Source: Horticoccus luteus (lineage in GTDB: Bacteria; Verrucomicrobiota; Verrucomicrobiia; Opitutales; Opitutaceae). Taken from it: a DNA stretch of 32,000 nucleotides. Of this stretch, positions 16,759-25,303 are shown piece by piece (the first letter of the stretch is position 1; the number at the start of each line of letters is the position of its first letter). The translations under genes and the position numbers were made by a program. The stretch is taken from positions 570,001-602,000 of the forward strand of contig NZ_CP080507.1 of NCBI RefSeq assembly GCF_019464535.1, read 5' to 3'. The notes under the pieces were generated by a model. That model was not told the DNA's origin. It did not search any database and was given only the letters and a program-made list of their open reading frames with translations.

Positions 16759-16851
16759 GCCGGGGAAAATGACGCGCGCGGAAAGCGGATCGCGGGCCGG
16801 CGGCGGGCGGGATTCGATCCGCCCAGTGAGTTGAGGGTGCGGCGGGCGGAC

Positions 16852-17217
16852 TCAGCCGGATTTACGGTGGTGCAACGTGAGCCGATTGCCGTCGGGATCG
16901 CGAACCGTGGCCATGAAACACATCGGTGTATCCATCGGCCCGATCACAAATTCCACTTTATGTTGGCGGAGCGTGGCAACCGCGGCGTCGAAATCCGTCA
17001 CTTCGAGCGCACTCGAAGGACCGTCGTTGGACGGCGGCCAGTTAGGTGACGATCCGATGGCGAGGCAGCCGCTGCCGATGTTGTATTCGATGAACTTGGC
17101 ATCCGGTTTCACGGGCGCGTTCGGCTTGAGGCCGAGGATGCCTTCGTAGAATTTTCGGGCGCGGGCGATGTCGGTGACGGGGTAGGCGGTAAAGGCGATT
17201 TCCTGGTAGGTGATCAT
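16852..17217 (-). CDS. VOC family (glyoxalase/bleomycin-resistance/dioxygenase fold) protein
   Basis: 121-aa ORF: AYPVTDIARARKFYEGILGLKP...ATVRDPDGNRLTLH. This is the typical VOC pattern. Confidence 0.88.
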   Translation of the reverse strand: MITYQEIAFTAYPVTDIARARKFYEGILGLKPNAPVKPDAKFIEYNIGSGCLAIGSSPNWPPSNDGPSSALEVTDFDAAVATLRQHKVEFVIGPMDTPMCFMATVRDPDGNRLTLHHRKSG

Positions 17218-17274
17218 GGCTCGCTCCGGGTTGAGTTTCCTGTCCCGCCAAAGACAGGCGAGCGGGCGGCTGGT

Positions 17275-17847
17275 TCAGACCTTGAGCGCGCCCCGGAAGC
17301 CGCGGCCGCTGTAGTAGGAGTCCGCGCCGTTGTGATAGATGAAAACGCGACCGAAACGGCGATCGCCGAAGAGCGCGCCGCCGAGCTGGCGGACGTCGTC
17401 GGGCGTTCTGAGCCAGCTCGATCGTTTGGTGTCGAATTCTCCGAGCTGTTGCAGGGCGTGATACTGGGCCTCGTCGAGGATCTCGATGCCCATGGCGGCG
17501 GCCAGTTCCGTGGCGCAGCCCTTCGGCGGGAATTTTTTCCGGCCGTCGAGCGCCGCGCGGTCGTAGCAAAGATTGGCGCGCGGCTCAGGGCTCTGCGGCG
17601 AACAGTCCATGAAGAGAACCTCTCCGGATTTCTTGTCGTGGCCGACGACGTCGGGTTCGCCGCCCGTGCGCTCCATCTCGGCGAGGGACCAGAGTTTTTC
17701 GGGGTGCGCGAGGAGGCGAGACAGGACCTTTTTCCAATCCACGGCCGTGTGGCGGGTGGGATTTTTTTCGAAGCGGGTCTGCAACGTGGCGAGCAGTTCG
17801 TCGCGTTGTTTGGCAGTCAGTTCTTTCGGGGCCTTCACGCTTTTCAT
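17275..17847 (-). CDS. DUF4256 domain protein
   Basis: From the internal ATG at 17847-17845: MKSVKAPKELTAKQRDELLATLQTRFEKNPTRHTAVDWKKVLSRLLAHPEKLWSLAEMERTGGEPDVVGHD...GVLFMDCSPQSP...RGFRGALKV. This matches my recollection of DUF4256. Confidence 0.82.
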   Translation of the reverse strand: MKSVKAPKELTAKQRDELLATLQTRFEKNPTRHTAVDWKKVLSRLLAHPEKLWSLAEMERTGGEPDVVGHDKKSGEVLFMDCSPQSPEPRANLCYDRAALDGRKKFPPKGCATELAAAMGIEILDEAQYHALQQLGEFDTKRSSWLRTPDDVRQLGGALFGDRRFGRVFIYHNGADSYYSGRGFRGALKV

Positions 17848-17855
17848 CGGAGGTT

Positions 17856-17864
17856 GGGGGGGGG
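17856..17864. repeat. G9 homopolymer (C9 on the coding strand), 8 nt upstream of the DUF4256 start codon
   Basis: Counted directly: aggtt-GGGGGGGGG-attc. Confidence 0.95.
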
Positions 17865-17967
17865 ATTCACGCGCATCGCGCGTCGAGGAATCCGGGAAGA
17901 ATCGCGACGCGAAGAAGAGCGTCAATTCGGTTCCGTGGTGGGCACGGGCGACCGGCGTTACGGGGAC

Positions 17968-20682
17968 TCAGCGCGGGTCGTAATCCAGATACGGTCCCAG
18001 CCAGCGCTCGACCTCGGCGACGGACTGGCCCTTGCGGCGGGCGTAATCCTCGACCTGGTCGTGGCCGATTTTACCCACGCCGAAGTATTTCGCTTCGGGG
18101 TGGTTGAAATACCAACCGCTGACGCTGCTCGCGGGGTGCATGGCGCACGACTCCGTCAAGTGGATGCCGGTGGTGGCGGTCGCGTTGAGAAGGGCGAACA
18201 GCGTAGGTTTCTCGGTGTGATCGGGGCAGGCGGGATAACCGGGCGCGGGACGGACGCCGCGATATTTTTCGCGGAGGAGATCCTTCATTTCGAGGTTTTC
18301 GGTTTTGCCAAAACCGCAGAATGCGCGGGCTTTTTTGTGCATCATCTCGGCCATCGCCTCGGCGAGGCGGTCGCCGAGGGCCTGCGCCATGATCGCACTG
18401 TAATCATCGTGCGCCGCGCGAAATTCGGCGGCGAAGGCTTCGACGCCGTGGCCGGCCGTGACGGCGAAGCCGCCCAGGTAGTCGAGCCGGCCCGAGTCTT
18501 TCGGCGCGATGTAATCGGCGAGGCAGTGGTTGAACCGGTCGGCGGGTTTTTCCATCTGCTGACGCAGTTGATGGAACGTCGCGAGCACCTCGGTGCGGGC
18601 GGTGTCGGTGTAAAGTTCGACGTCGTCGCCGATGGCGTTGCACGGCCAGAAACCGAGGACGGCTTTGGCGGTGTAACGCTGTTCGGCGATGATGCGCTGG
18701 AGCAGAGCTTTCCCTTCGGCGAACAGTTTCGTGGCTTCGGCGCCGACGACTTCGTCGGTGAGCAGATCGGGAAACCGTCCGTGGATTTCCCACGCGGAAA
18801 AGAAGGGTCCCCAGTCGATGAATTCGGCGAGTTCTTCGAGGGAAAAGCGGTGCGTGCCGGGCGGCAGTTCTCCGGCGGCGGAGGAGAAGACGCGGAGGCC
18901 GAGAAATTCGGGCACGGGAATGTCGGTCTGCGCCCAATCAAAAATCGGGCGGCGCTCGCGGGCGCGGGCAAGCGAGAGGAGCGGCTTGCGGCTGCGGCGG
19001 GCGGCGAAGTCGGCGCGCTGGCGTTCCTGCTTGGCAAAGTTGTCGGCGAGGAACGCGGGCTTTTGCGTTTCGCTGAGGAGCGCGCTGACGACGTTGACGA
19101 CGCGCGAGGCGTCGAGGACGTGGACGACGCCGGGCGCGTAGGCGGGGGCGACCTTGACGGCGGAATGCGCGGGGCTCGTCGTGGCGCCGCCGATCAGCAA
19201 GGGAAGCGTGAAGCCTTCGCGGTTCATTTCCTTGGCGACGTGCACCATCTCGTCGAGCGAAGGCGTGATGAGGCCGGAGAGGCCGATGATGTCGGCCTTT
19301 TGCTCGCGCGCGGTGGCGAGGATTTTCTCGCACGGCACCATGACGCCGAGGTCGATGACCTCGTAATTGTTACAGGCGAGCACGACACCGACGATGCTTT
19401 TGCCGATGTCGTGGACATCGCCTTTCACGGTGGCGAGGACGATGCGGCCCTGGGCTTGCGCGATGCCGCCGGCGGCGATGTGCCGGCGTTTCTCCTCCTC
19501 CATGAACGGGGTGAGGTGAGCGACGGCCTTTTTCATGACGCGCGCGGATTTCACGACCTGCGGGAGAAACATTTTGCCGGCGCCGAAGAGATCGCCGACG
19601 ACGCGCATGCCATCCATGAGCGGGCCCTCGATGACTTCGAGCGGGCGGGCGAATTTCTGGCGGCACTCCTCGGTGTCTTCGACGATGAACGTGTCGATTC
19701 CTTTGACGAGCGCGTGCGACATGCGCGCCTCGACCGGCAGTTCGCGCCACGCTTGGGCAGCCACCTGGTCGACGGGCTGGCCGCCGGCTTTGGCGGCGTC
19801 GGCGGCGGCTTTGAGCGCTTCGGCGTGGGTGATGAGGCGCTCGGTGGCGTCGGGCCGGCGATTGAGGAGGACGTCGTCGGCGAGTTCGCGCAGGGCGGGA
19901 TCGATCTCGTCGTAAACGCCGAGCATGCCGGCGTTGACGATGGCCATGTCGAGGCCGGCGCGGATGCCGTGGTAGAGAAACGCCGTGTGCATGGCCTCGC
20001 GCACGGGGTTGTTGCCGCGGAAAGAAAACGAGACGTTGGAGACGCCGCCGCTGACTTTGACGCCGGGCAGGGTTTGCTTGATGAGCGCGGTGGCCTCGAA
20101 GAAATCGACGGCGTAATTGTTATGCTCCTCGATGCCGGTGGCGACGGTGAGGATGTTGGGATCGAAGATGAGATCGGTGGCGGGGAAACCGAGTTTTTCG
20201 GTGAGGAGCTGATAAGAACGCGTGCAAATGCGAACCTTGTCGTCGCGCGAGGCGGCCTGGCCTTTTTCGTCGAAGGCCATGACGACCGCGGCGGCGCCGT
20301 AGCGGAGGATCAGTTGCGCGCGACGGAGAAACTCGGCTTCGCCGTCCTTGAGCGAGATGGAGTTGACGATGCCTTTGCCCTGGAGGCACTGGAGGCCTTT
20401 TTCGAGCACGCTCCATTTGGAGGAGTCGAGCATGATGGGCACGCGGCAGATCTCGGGTTCGGCGGCGATGAGGTTGAGGAACTTCACCATCGTGGCCTCG
20501 CCGTCGATGAGCGCTTCGTCGACGTTGAGGTCGAGAATATTGGCGCCGCTCTCGACCTGCTGGCGGGCGATGGCGAGACAGGCATCCCAATCGCCGGCTT
20601 TGAGGGCTTTGGAGAATTTCGGCGAACCGGTGATGTTGGTGCGCTCGCCGATGACGAGAAAGGAGGAGGCGGCGGTGCTCAT
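17968..20682 (-). CDS. metH: Methionine synthase (B12-dependent), large fragment: pterin-binding + cap + cobalamin-binding + AdoMet-activation domains
   Basis: 904-aa ORF beginning [33 protein letters not shown]...[16 protein letters not shown]. It contains [12 protein letters not shown], the B12-binding DVHDIGK motif ([18 protein letters not shown]) and the C-terminal reactivation domain. It is colinear with E. coli MetH residues from about 345 to the end, as I recall that sequence. Confidence 0.95.
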   Translation of the reverse strand: MSTAASSFLVIGERTNITGSPKFSKALKAGDWDACLAIARQQVESGANILDLNVDEALIDGEATMVKFLNLIAAEPEICRVPIMLDSSKWSVLEKGLQCLQGKGIVNSISLKDGEAEFLRRAQLILRYGAAAVVMAFDEKGQAASRDDKVRICTRSYQLLTEKLGFPATDLIFDPNILTVATGIEEHNNYAVDFFEATALIKQTLPGVKVSGGVSNVSFSFRGNNPVREAMHTAFLYHGIRAGLDMAIVNAGMLGVYDEIDPALRELADDVLLNRRPDATERLITHAEALKAAADAAKAGGQPVDQVAAQAWRELPVEARMSHALVKGIDTFIVEDTEECRQKFARPLEVIEGPLMDGMRVVGDLFGAGKMFLPQVVKSARVMKKAVAHLTPFMEEEKRRHIAAGGIAQAQGRIVLATVKGDVHDIGKSIVGVVLACNNYEVIDLGVMVPCEKILATAREQKADIIGLSGLITPSLDEMVHVAKEMNREGFTLPLLIGGATTSPAHSAVKVAPAYAPGVVHVLDASRVVNVVSALLSETQKPAFLADNFAKQERQRADFAARRSRKPLLSLARARERRPIFDWAQTDIPVPEFLGLRVFSSAAGELPPGTHRFSLEELAEFIDWGPFFSAWEIHGRFPDLLTDEVVGAEATKLFAEGKALLQRIIAEQRYTAKAVLGFWPCNAIGDDVELYTDTARTEVLATFHQLRQQMEKPADRFNHCLADYIAPKDSGRLDYLGGFAVTAGHGVEAFAAEFRAAHDDYSAIMAQALGDRLAEAMAEMMHKKARAFCGFGKTENLEMKDLLREKYRGVRPAPGYPACPDHTEKPTLFALLNATATTGIHLTESCAMHPASSVSGWYFNHPEAKYFGVGKIGHDQVEDYARRKGQSVAEVERWLGPYLDYDPR

Positions 20683-20830
20683 GCGGAAAACTCCAAGCTT
20701 CCAGCCCCAACCTCCAATGAAGACTCAAGAGGCGGAAACCCTGAAAGCGGAAAGGCGATGAAAGTCATGATCGGAAGGTTTGCCGCGTGAAGGGTGGTGC
20801 CTGGCGTTTCCCGTCGGCGACGGACGAGTC

Positions 20831-21982
20831 TTACGCGAGTGTGAGGGCTTCGAGGCCGCTGAGGCGGAGCGCGGGAGATTGAGGGGGAACCTGCCGCGGG
20901 GCATGCGCGCGCACGGTGGCGGCGATGGCGCGAATATGATCCGGCGTGGACCCGCAGCAGCCGCCGACGAGGTTGACCAGGCCGGAGGCGGCAAATTCGC
21001 CGAGGATCGCGGCCATCTGGTCGGGCGTTTCATCGTAACCGCCGAACGCGTTGGGCAGGCCGGCATTCGGATAACAGGTGACGTAGCACGGCGCGAGACG
21101 CGCGAGTTCTTCGACATAGGGGCGCATGGCGGCGCCGCCGAGGGCGCAGTTGACGCCGACCGAAAACGGACGGGCGTGCGCGATGCTGTGGAAAAACGCA
21201 TCGATGGTCTGGCCGGAAAGCGTGCGACCGGAGGCGTCGGTGATCGTGACGGAGATCATCACGGGCACGCGGAAACCGGCGGCGTCAAAAACGCTTTCGA
21301 TGGCGAAGAGCGCGGCTTTGGCGTTGAGGGTGTCGAAGATCGTTTCGACCAGCAGCGCGTCGACGCCCGCGGTGAGGAGCGCGCGGATTTGCTCCGTGTA
21401 GGCGGCCACGACGTCGTCCCACGTGACGGCGCGGAAATCGGGGCGGTTGACGTCGGGCGAAAGCGAAAGCGTGCGGTTGAGCGGACCGATGGCGCCGGCG
21501 ACGAAACAGCGGCGGCCCGGTGTGGCGGCTTCGGCGGCGAGTGCCGCGCGGCGCGCGACGGCGACGGCGGCGGTGTTGAGATCGGTGACGATGGATTCGA
21601 GGCGGTAATCGGCTTGGGAGATGCGCGTGGCGTTGAAGGTGTTGGTCTCGACGAGATCGGCGCCGGCGGCGAAATAGTCGCGGTGAATCTGTTCGATAAG
21701 ATCGGGGCGCGTGAGGCAGAGGAGGTCGTTGTCGCCGCGCAGATCGTGCGAGTGGTCGGCGAAGCGGGTGCCGCGGTAAGCGGCTTCGTCGAGCCCGAAC
21801 GTCTGGATCATCGAGCCCATCGCGCCGTCGAGAACGGCGATGCGTTGCGCGAACAGCGCCTGCAGTCCGGCGGTGGCCACCGCGGCGCGGCGGGCAGCGT
21901 CGGCCGTCGCGGAGGCGGAGGGAAAAAGCGGGTCGGCCATGGTTCGCAGCGTGGGCTCGGGTCGAGGGAAGGCAAGCGACAT
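20831..21982 (-). CDS. metH: Methionine synthase homocysteine-binding (S-methyltransferase, Zn) domain encoded as a separate ORF
   Basis: 383-aa ORF: [18 protein letters not shown]...[11 protein letters not shown]...AGAIGP...GVNCALG...[16 protein letters not shown]...[12 protein letters not shown]. It ends exactly at the Hcy/pterin interdomain linker. An alternative start is the ATG at 21940. Confidence 0.93.
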   Translation of the reverse strand: MSLAFPRPEPTLRTMADPLFPSASATADAARRAAVATAGLQALFAQRIAVLDGAMGSMIQTFGLDEAAYRGTRFADHSHDLRGDNDLLCLTRPDLIEQIHRDYFAAGADLVETNTFNATRISQADYRLESIVTDLNTAAVAVARRAALAAEAATPGRRCFVAGAIGPLNRTLSLSPDVNRPDFRAVTWDDVVAAYTEQIRALLTAGVDALLVETIFDTLNAKAALFAIESVFDAAGFRVPVMISVTITDASGRTLSGQTIDAFFHSIAHARPFSVGVNCALGGAAMRPYVEELARLAPCYVTCYPNAGLPNAFGGYDETPDQMAAILGEFAASGLVNLVGGCCGSTPDHIRAIAATVRAHAPRQVPPQSPALRLSGLEALTLA

Positions 21983-22059
21983 ATCAGGTCATAGCGATGC
22001 GTTGATGGATAATAAGGCTTGTGAGGTTGGGGACCGCTGACGAGCGTGCGGCCGCCAGA

Positions 22060-22262
22060 GTTCTTTTCATCTTACGGGAAACAGGGAAGGCCGTGAAAAT
22101 CGGCCACAGTTGCGCTGCGGTAACGCATCACAGACTCCCACCGTGTGAGGGCTTCGTCGATCTCGGCGCGGCCCGCTGGCACACACGGGCAAAGCCAATC
22201 GGAGCGATCCGGTGAAGGCGGGAGCGAGGCAGGCGAGGCGCGGACGCGGAGACACCTCTCCG
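22060..22262 (+). promoter_or_regulatory. Cobalamin (B12) riboswitch-like aptamer in the btuB leader
   Basis: The + strand at 22083-22126 reads AGGGAA-GGCCGUGAAAAUCGGCC-ACAGUU-GCGCUGCGGUAACGC. This closely parallels the E. coli btuB leader core as I recall it (AGGGAA-UCCAGUGCGAAUCUGGA-GCUGAC-GCGCAGCGGUAAGG). CCCACCGUGUGAGGG follows, and there are two imperfect B12-box candidates (AGCCAAUCGGAGCGAUCCGG near 22193, GCGGAGACACCUCUCC near 22246). The 3' boundary and P1 stem are not resolved. No covariance-model search was run. Confidence 0.6.
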
Positions 22263-22444
22263 ACGTGCGCGCGCGCTTACACATGCGAAGTCCGAACATC
22301 TACTCCCGCAAGACTCACGCGGCTGGTGCGAATTGCGCGCGCCGGTCTGCGAAAACTTCATCGCAAACAATGAAGCGTGAGAGTGGTGACGGGCTCCGGT
22401 GACGGGGTGCGGTTCTGCTCTTGCCCGACCAACAGTAGAATCCC

Positions 22445-24328
22445 ATGAACCCGTTCTCACAGTCCCGCCTGCCGGGACGGCTCCTTCTCGCTTTGCCCGC
22501 CGTGCTGCTGGCGCCGGCCGCCAACGCGCAAACGCCGGATGCGCCGCAGGTGCTCGAAACGTTCGTCACGACGGGCACCCGCACGCCGGCGGCGCCGCAA
22601 ACGCTCGGCTCGGCGGTGGATACGCTCACCGCGAATGAGCTGGCGCGGCGGCAAATCGATTCGCTGGCGGAGGCGTTGGGCGGCGTGCCGGGGGCGCCGT
22701 TGTTCGCGTCGGGCGCGCCGGGTGCTTCGGCGTCGCTGTTCCTGCGCGGGGCGAATTCCAACCAGACGCTGTTTCTCGTCGATGGGCTGCGGATGAACGA
22801 TCCGAATACCGACTACGCCGTGCTGCTGGGCGGAGCAACGCTGGCGCCGGGCGATCGGATCGAGGTGGTGCGCGGGCCGCAGAGCACGCTCTACGGGAGC
22901 GACGCGGTGGGCGGCGTGGTCGCGCTCACAACGGGGAAAGGCGCAGGCGCGCCGAGCGCCCAGGTGTCCGCCGAGGCGGGCAGTTTTGGGACGGTGCGGG
23001 GCGGCGTGGCGGCGCAGGGCGCCAGCGGGCCGGCGGCCTACAATGTTTCCGTGCAGGCCGGACACACGGACAACGCGCGGGCCAACAATGCGTTCGACGG
23101 AGCGACCACGGCGTTGCGGCTGGACCGGACGTTGAGCGAACACGCGGCGATGGGGGCGACGTTGCGGTGGTTTCACGGCGACTACGGCGATCCGGGCGAT
23201 CGTTTCACGGACGATCCGAACAATACGGTGCGGGAGGACAACGTGCTCGGCACGCTGTTTGCGGATGTGAAATGGGGCGGAGCATGGCAGGCGCACGTGA
23301 TTCTCGGCGGGCAGGACCGGCGGTTCGTCTCGGACAATCCGGCGCCGAATCCGCCGTATTTTTCCCCGGCGCAAACCACGGTGGTGAAAAACCGCCGCGC
23401 GGTGCTCGATGCGCAAACAAGTTTCACGGGTTGGGATCGGCATCGCGTGACGGGCGGGGCGACGCTTGAAGCGAATCACACGGTCAACACCGGTTTCGGT
23501 GACATCGATCGCCGCCAGTCGCTGTGGGCGGTGTTTGCCCAGGACGAATTTTCGCCGGTCGACGAGGTGTATCTGACGACGGGATTGCGTCACGACGACT
23601 TCGATACCTTCGGCGGGGCGACGACGGGACGCGCGACCGTGGCGTGGCTCGTGGCGGGGCGCACGCTCAAGCTGCGCGCGAGCTACGGCACAGGATTTCG
23701 CGCGCCAGGGTTCCTGGATCTCTACGGGCAGAGTGCGTATTACGTGGGCAACCCGGACTTAAAACCGGAAGAGGCGCGCGGTGGCGACGTGGGCGTCGAT
23801 TACTATCTCCCGGGCCAACGCGGCGTGTTGAGCGCGACGGCGTTTCAAACGGATTATCGAAATCTGATCGTTTATGACTTCACGGTCTATCCGAGCACGG
23901 TGGTGAACGCTGGCAAAGCGCGGACGCGCGGCATCGAACTGAGTGCGACCGTGTCGTGGGCGGGCGCGATCGACGCGCGCGTGGGCTACACTTATCTGGA
24001 CGCGCAAAATCGGGTGGATGGTTCGCGCTTGTTGCGGCGTCCGCGGCATGGGTTGAACGCGGAGGTCTCGCATGATTTCGGGCGCGGTTTCACGGCCGGT
24101 GCGGGTGTGGCGTTCGCGGCGCAACGCGAGGATGTGGACGCGGCGAGCTATCTGACGATCGATGCGGAGGACTACACGGTCGCGCGGATTTTTGTGACGT
24201 GGCAGGTGAGCGCCGCGCTGGCGGTTAAGGCGCGGGTGGAAAATCTGTTGAACGAAAAATACGAGGCGGTGAACGGCTATCCGGCGCGGGGCGCCGGGGC
24301 GTTCGGGGGCGTCGAGTGGCGGTTTTGA
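22445..24328 (+). CDS. btuB: TonB-dependent outer-membrane receptor, BtuB-like (vitamin B12 / corrinoid transporter)
   Basis: 627-aa ORF with signal peptide MNPFSQSRLPGRLLLALPAVLLAPAANAQ. Plug-domain motifs LFLRGANSNQTLFLVDGLRMND and IEVVRGPQSTLYGSDAVGGVVALTT parallel E. coli BtuB. The terminal residue is aromatic (VEWRF). The cobalamin-riboswitch-like leader lies upstream. Confidence 0.88.
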   Translation: MNPFSQSRLPGRLLLALPAVLLAPAANAQTPDAPQVLETFVTTGTRTPAAPQTLGSAVDTLTANELARRQIDSLAEALGGVPGAPLFASGAPGASASLFLRGANSNQTLFLVDGLRMNDPNTDYAVLLGGATLAPGDRIEVVRGPQSTLYGSDAVGGVVALTTGKGAGAPSAQVSAEAGSFGTVRGGVAAQGASGPAAYNVSVQAGHTDNARANNAFDGATTALRLDRTLSEHAAMGATLRWFHGDYGDPGDRFTDDPNNTVREDNVLGTLFADVKWGGAWQAHVILGGQDRRFVSDNPAPNPPYFSPAQTTVVKNRRAVLDAQTSFTGWDRHRVTGGATLEANHTVNTGFGDIDRRQSLWAVFAQDEFSPVDEVYLTTGLRHDDFDTFGGATTGRATVAWLVAGRTLKLRASYGTGFRAPGFLDLYGQSAYYVGNPDLKPEEARGGDVGVDYYLPGQRGVLSATAFQTDYRNLIVYDFTVYPSTVVNAGKARTRGIELSATVSWAGAIDARVGYTYLDAQNRVDGSRLLRRPRHGLNAEVSHDFGRGFTAGAGVAFAAQREDVDAASYLTIDAEDYTVARIFVTWQVSAALAVKARVENLLNEKYEAVNGYPARGAGAFGGVEWRF

Positions 24329-24480
24329 TGGCGGCTTGATCGGACCTGGCGAACGACACGTCGCGGCCGGGAGGCGTGAACCGTTTCCGGCCGGGCCGGG
24401 CGTTTCGTTCACGGCTTCACCGACGTGACGAGGGTTCGCGCTGGCGCCGGAGCAGGCGGTGCGTTCAATGCGGCGAAAAC

Positions 24481-25281
24481 GTGAACGAGGATCGACAGCA
24501 GGATTTCTGGTCTTTTTTCGCCGCGCCGGCGCCGTTGGCGTCCGGGCCGCGCGCGGCGGCGGAGCGGGCATTCGCGGAGCCAGTGGGGGCCGCGCCCGCG
24601 ACAGAGACGGTGTCACGGGGGGGCGTGGTGTATGAGCGGAGTGCGACGGCGCAGCGTTACCGGTTGACGTTGCGGCGCGACGGCGTGGCGGTCGCGGTGA
24701 TCCCGCGGCGGGGTTCGCAGCGGGAGGCGGAGCAGTTTGTGGCGCAGCAGGCAGCGTGGCTGGAGCGGGCGCGGGCAAGACAGGCGCGCCGGCCGCGCGC
24801 GGCCGAAGTCTGGACGGTGGGCACGCGGGTGTTGTGGCGGGGCGAACTGGAAGAGATCCGGGTGGCGGCGACGGGGGCGCGGCCGCAGGTGTGTCTGGCG
24901 GCGGACGTGTTTCGCGTGGCGCGGATCGAGGGGGATTTGCGGGCGACGCTGGAGGCGCAATTTGCGCGGCGGGCGAAGATCGAGCTGCCGGCGCGGACGT
25001 GGGAGCTGGCCGCGGTGACGGGCGTGGACGTGAAGCACGTGACGGTGCGCAATCAGCGTTCGCGGTGGGGTTCGTGTTCCAGCGGCGGGACGATTTCGCT
25101 CAACTGGCGGTTGGTGCAGACGCCGGATTTCGTGCGCGACTACATCGTGTTTCACGAATTGATGCACTTGCGGGAGATGAATCACTCGGCGCGTTTTTGG
25201 GCGCGCGTCGAGGAAGTCTGCCCGGCGTGGCGCGAGGCGGAGCACTGGCTCAAGCGCAACGGCAGCCTGGTCGGGCTGTGA
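24481..25281 (+). CDS. YgjP/DUF45-type (SprT-like, M48-annotated) zinc metallopeptidase-like protein
   Basis: C-terminal hallmark RSRWGSCSSGGTISLNWRLVQTPDFVRDYIVFHELMHLREMNHSARFWARVEEVCPAWREAEHWLK (HExxH). The start is uncertain: GTG at 24481 or GTG at 24376 (the track start). Confidence 0.85.
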   Translation: MNEDRQQDFWSFFAAPAPLASGPRAAAERAFAEPVGAAPATETVSRGGVVYERSATAQRYRLTLRRDGVAVAVIPRRGSQREAEQFVAQQAAWLERARARQARRPRAAEVWTVGTRVLWRGELEEIRVAATGARPQVCLAADVFRVARIEGDLRATLEAQFARRAKIELPARTWELAAVTGVDVKHVTVRNQRSRWGSCSSGGTISLNWRLVQTPDFVRDYIVFHELMHLREMNHSARFWARVEEVCPAWREAEHWLKRNGSLVGL

Positions 25282-25303
25282 CGCCGAGGGCGGAGAGAAA
25301 CGG

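Noticed and set aside
16805-16824. GGGCGG-GATTCGAT-CCGCCC, which looks like a tRNA T-arm (GTTCGAnnC-like loop) in the queH/VOC convergent gap.
   Set aside because: No acceptor, D or anticodon arms can be built from the 93-nt intergenic sequence. It is more likely a simple bidirectional terminator-type hairpin, and it lacks a U tract, so I did not call it as a feature.
21983-22060. I looked for a SAM, SAH or second B12 riboswitch on the minus strand upstream of metH.
   Set aside because: Only about 80 nt are available before the + strand aptamer begins. I could not recognise any SAM-I, SAM-II or SAH core motifs by eye. This would need cmsearch to exclude formally.
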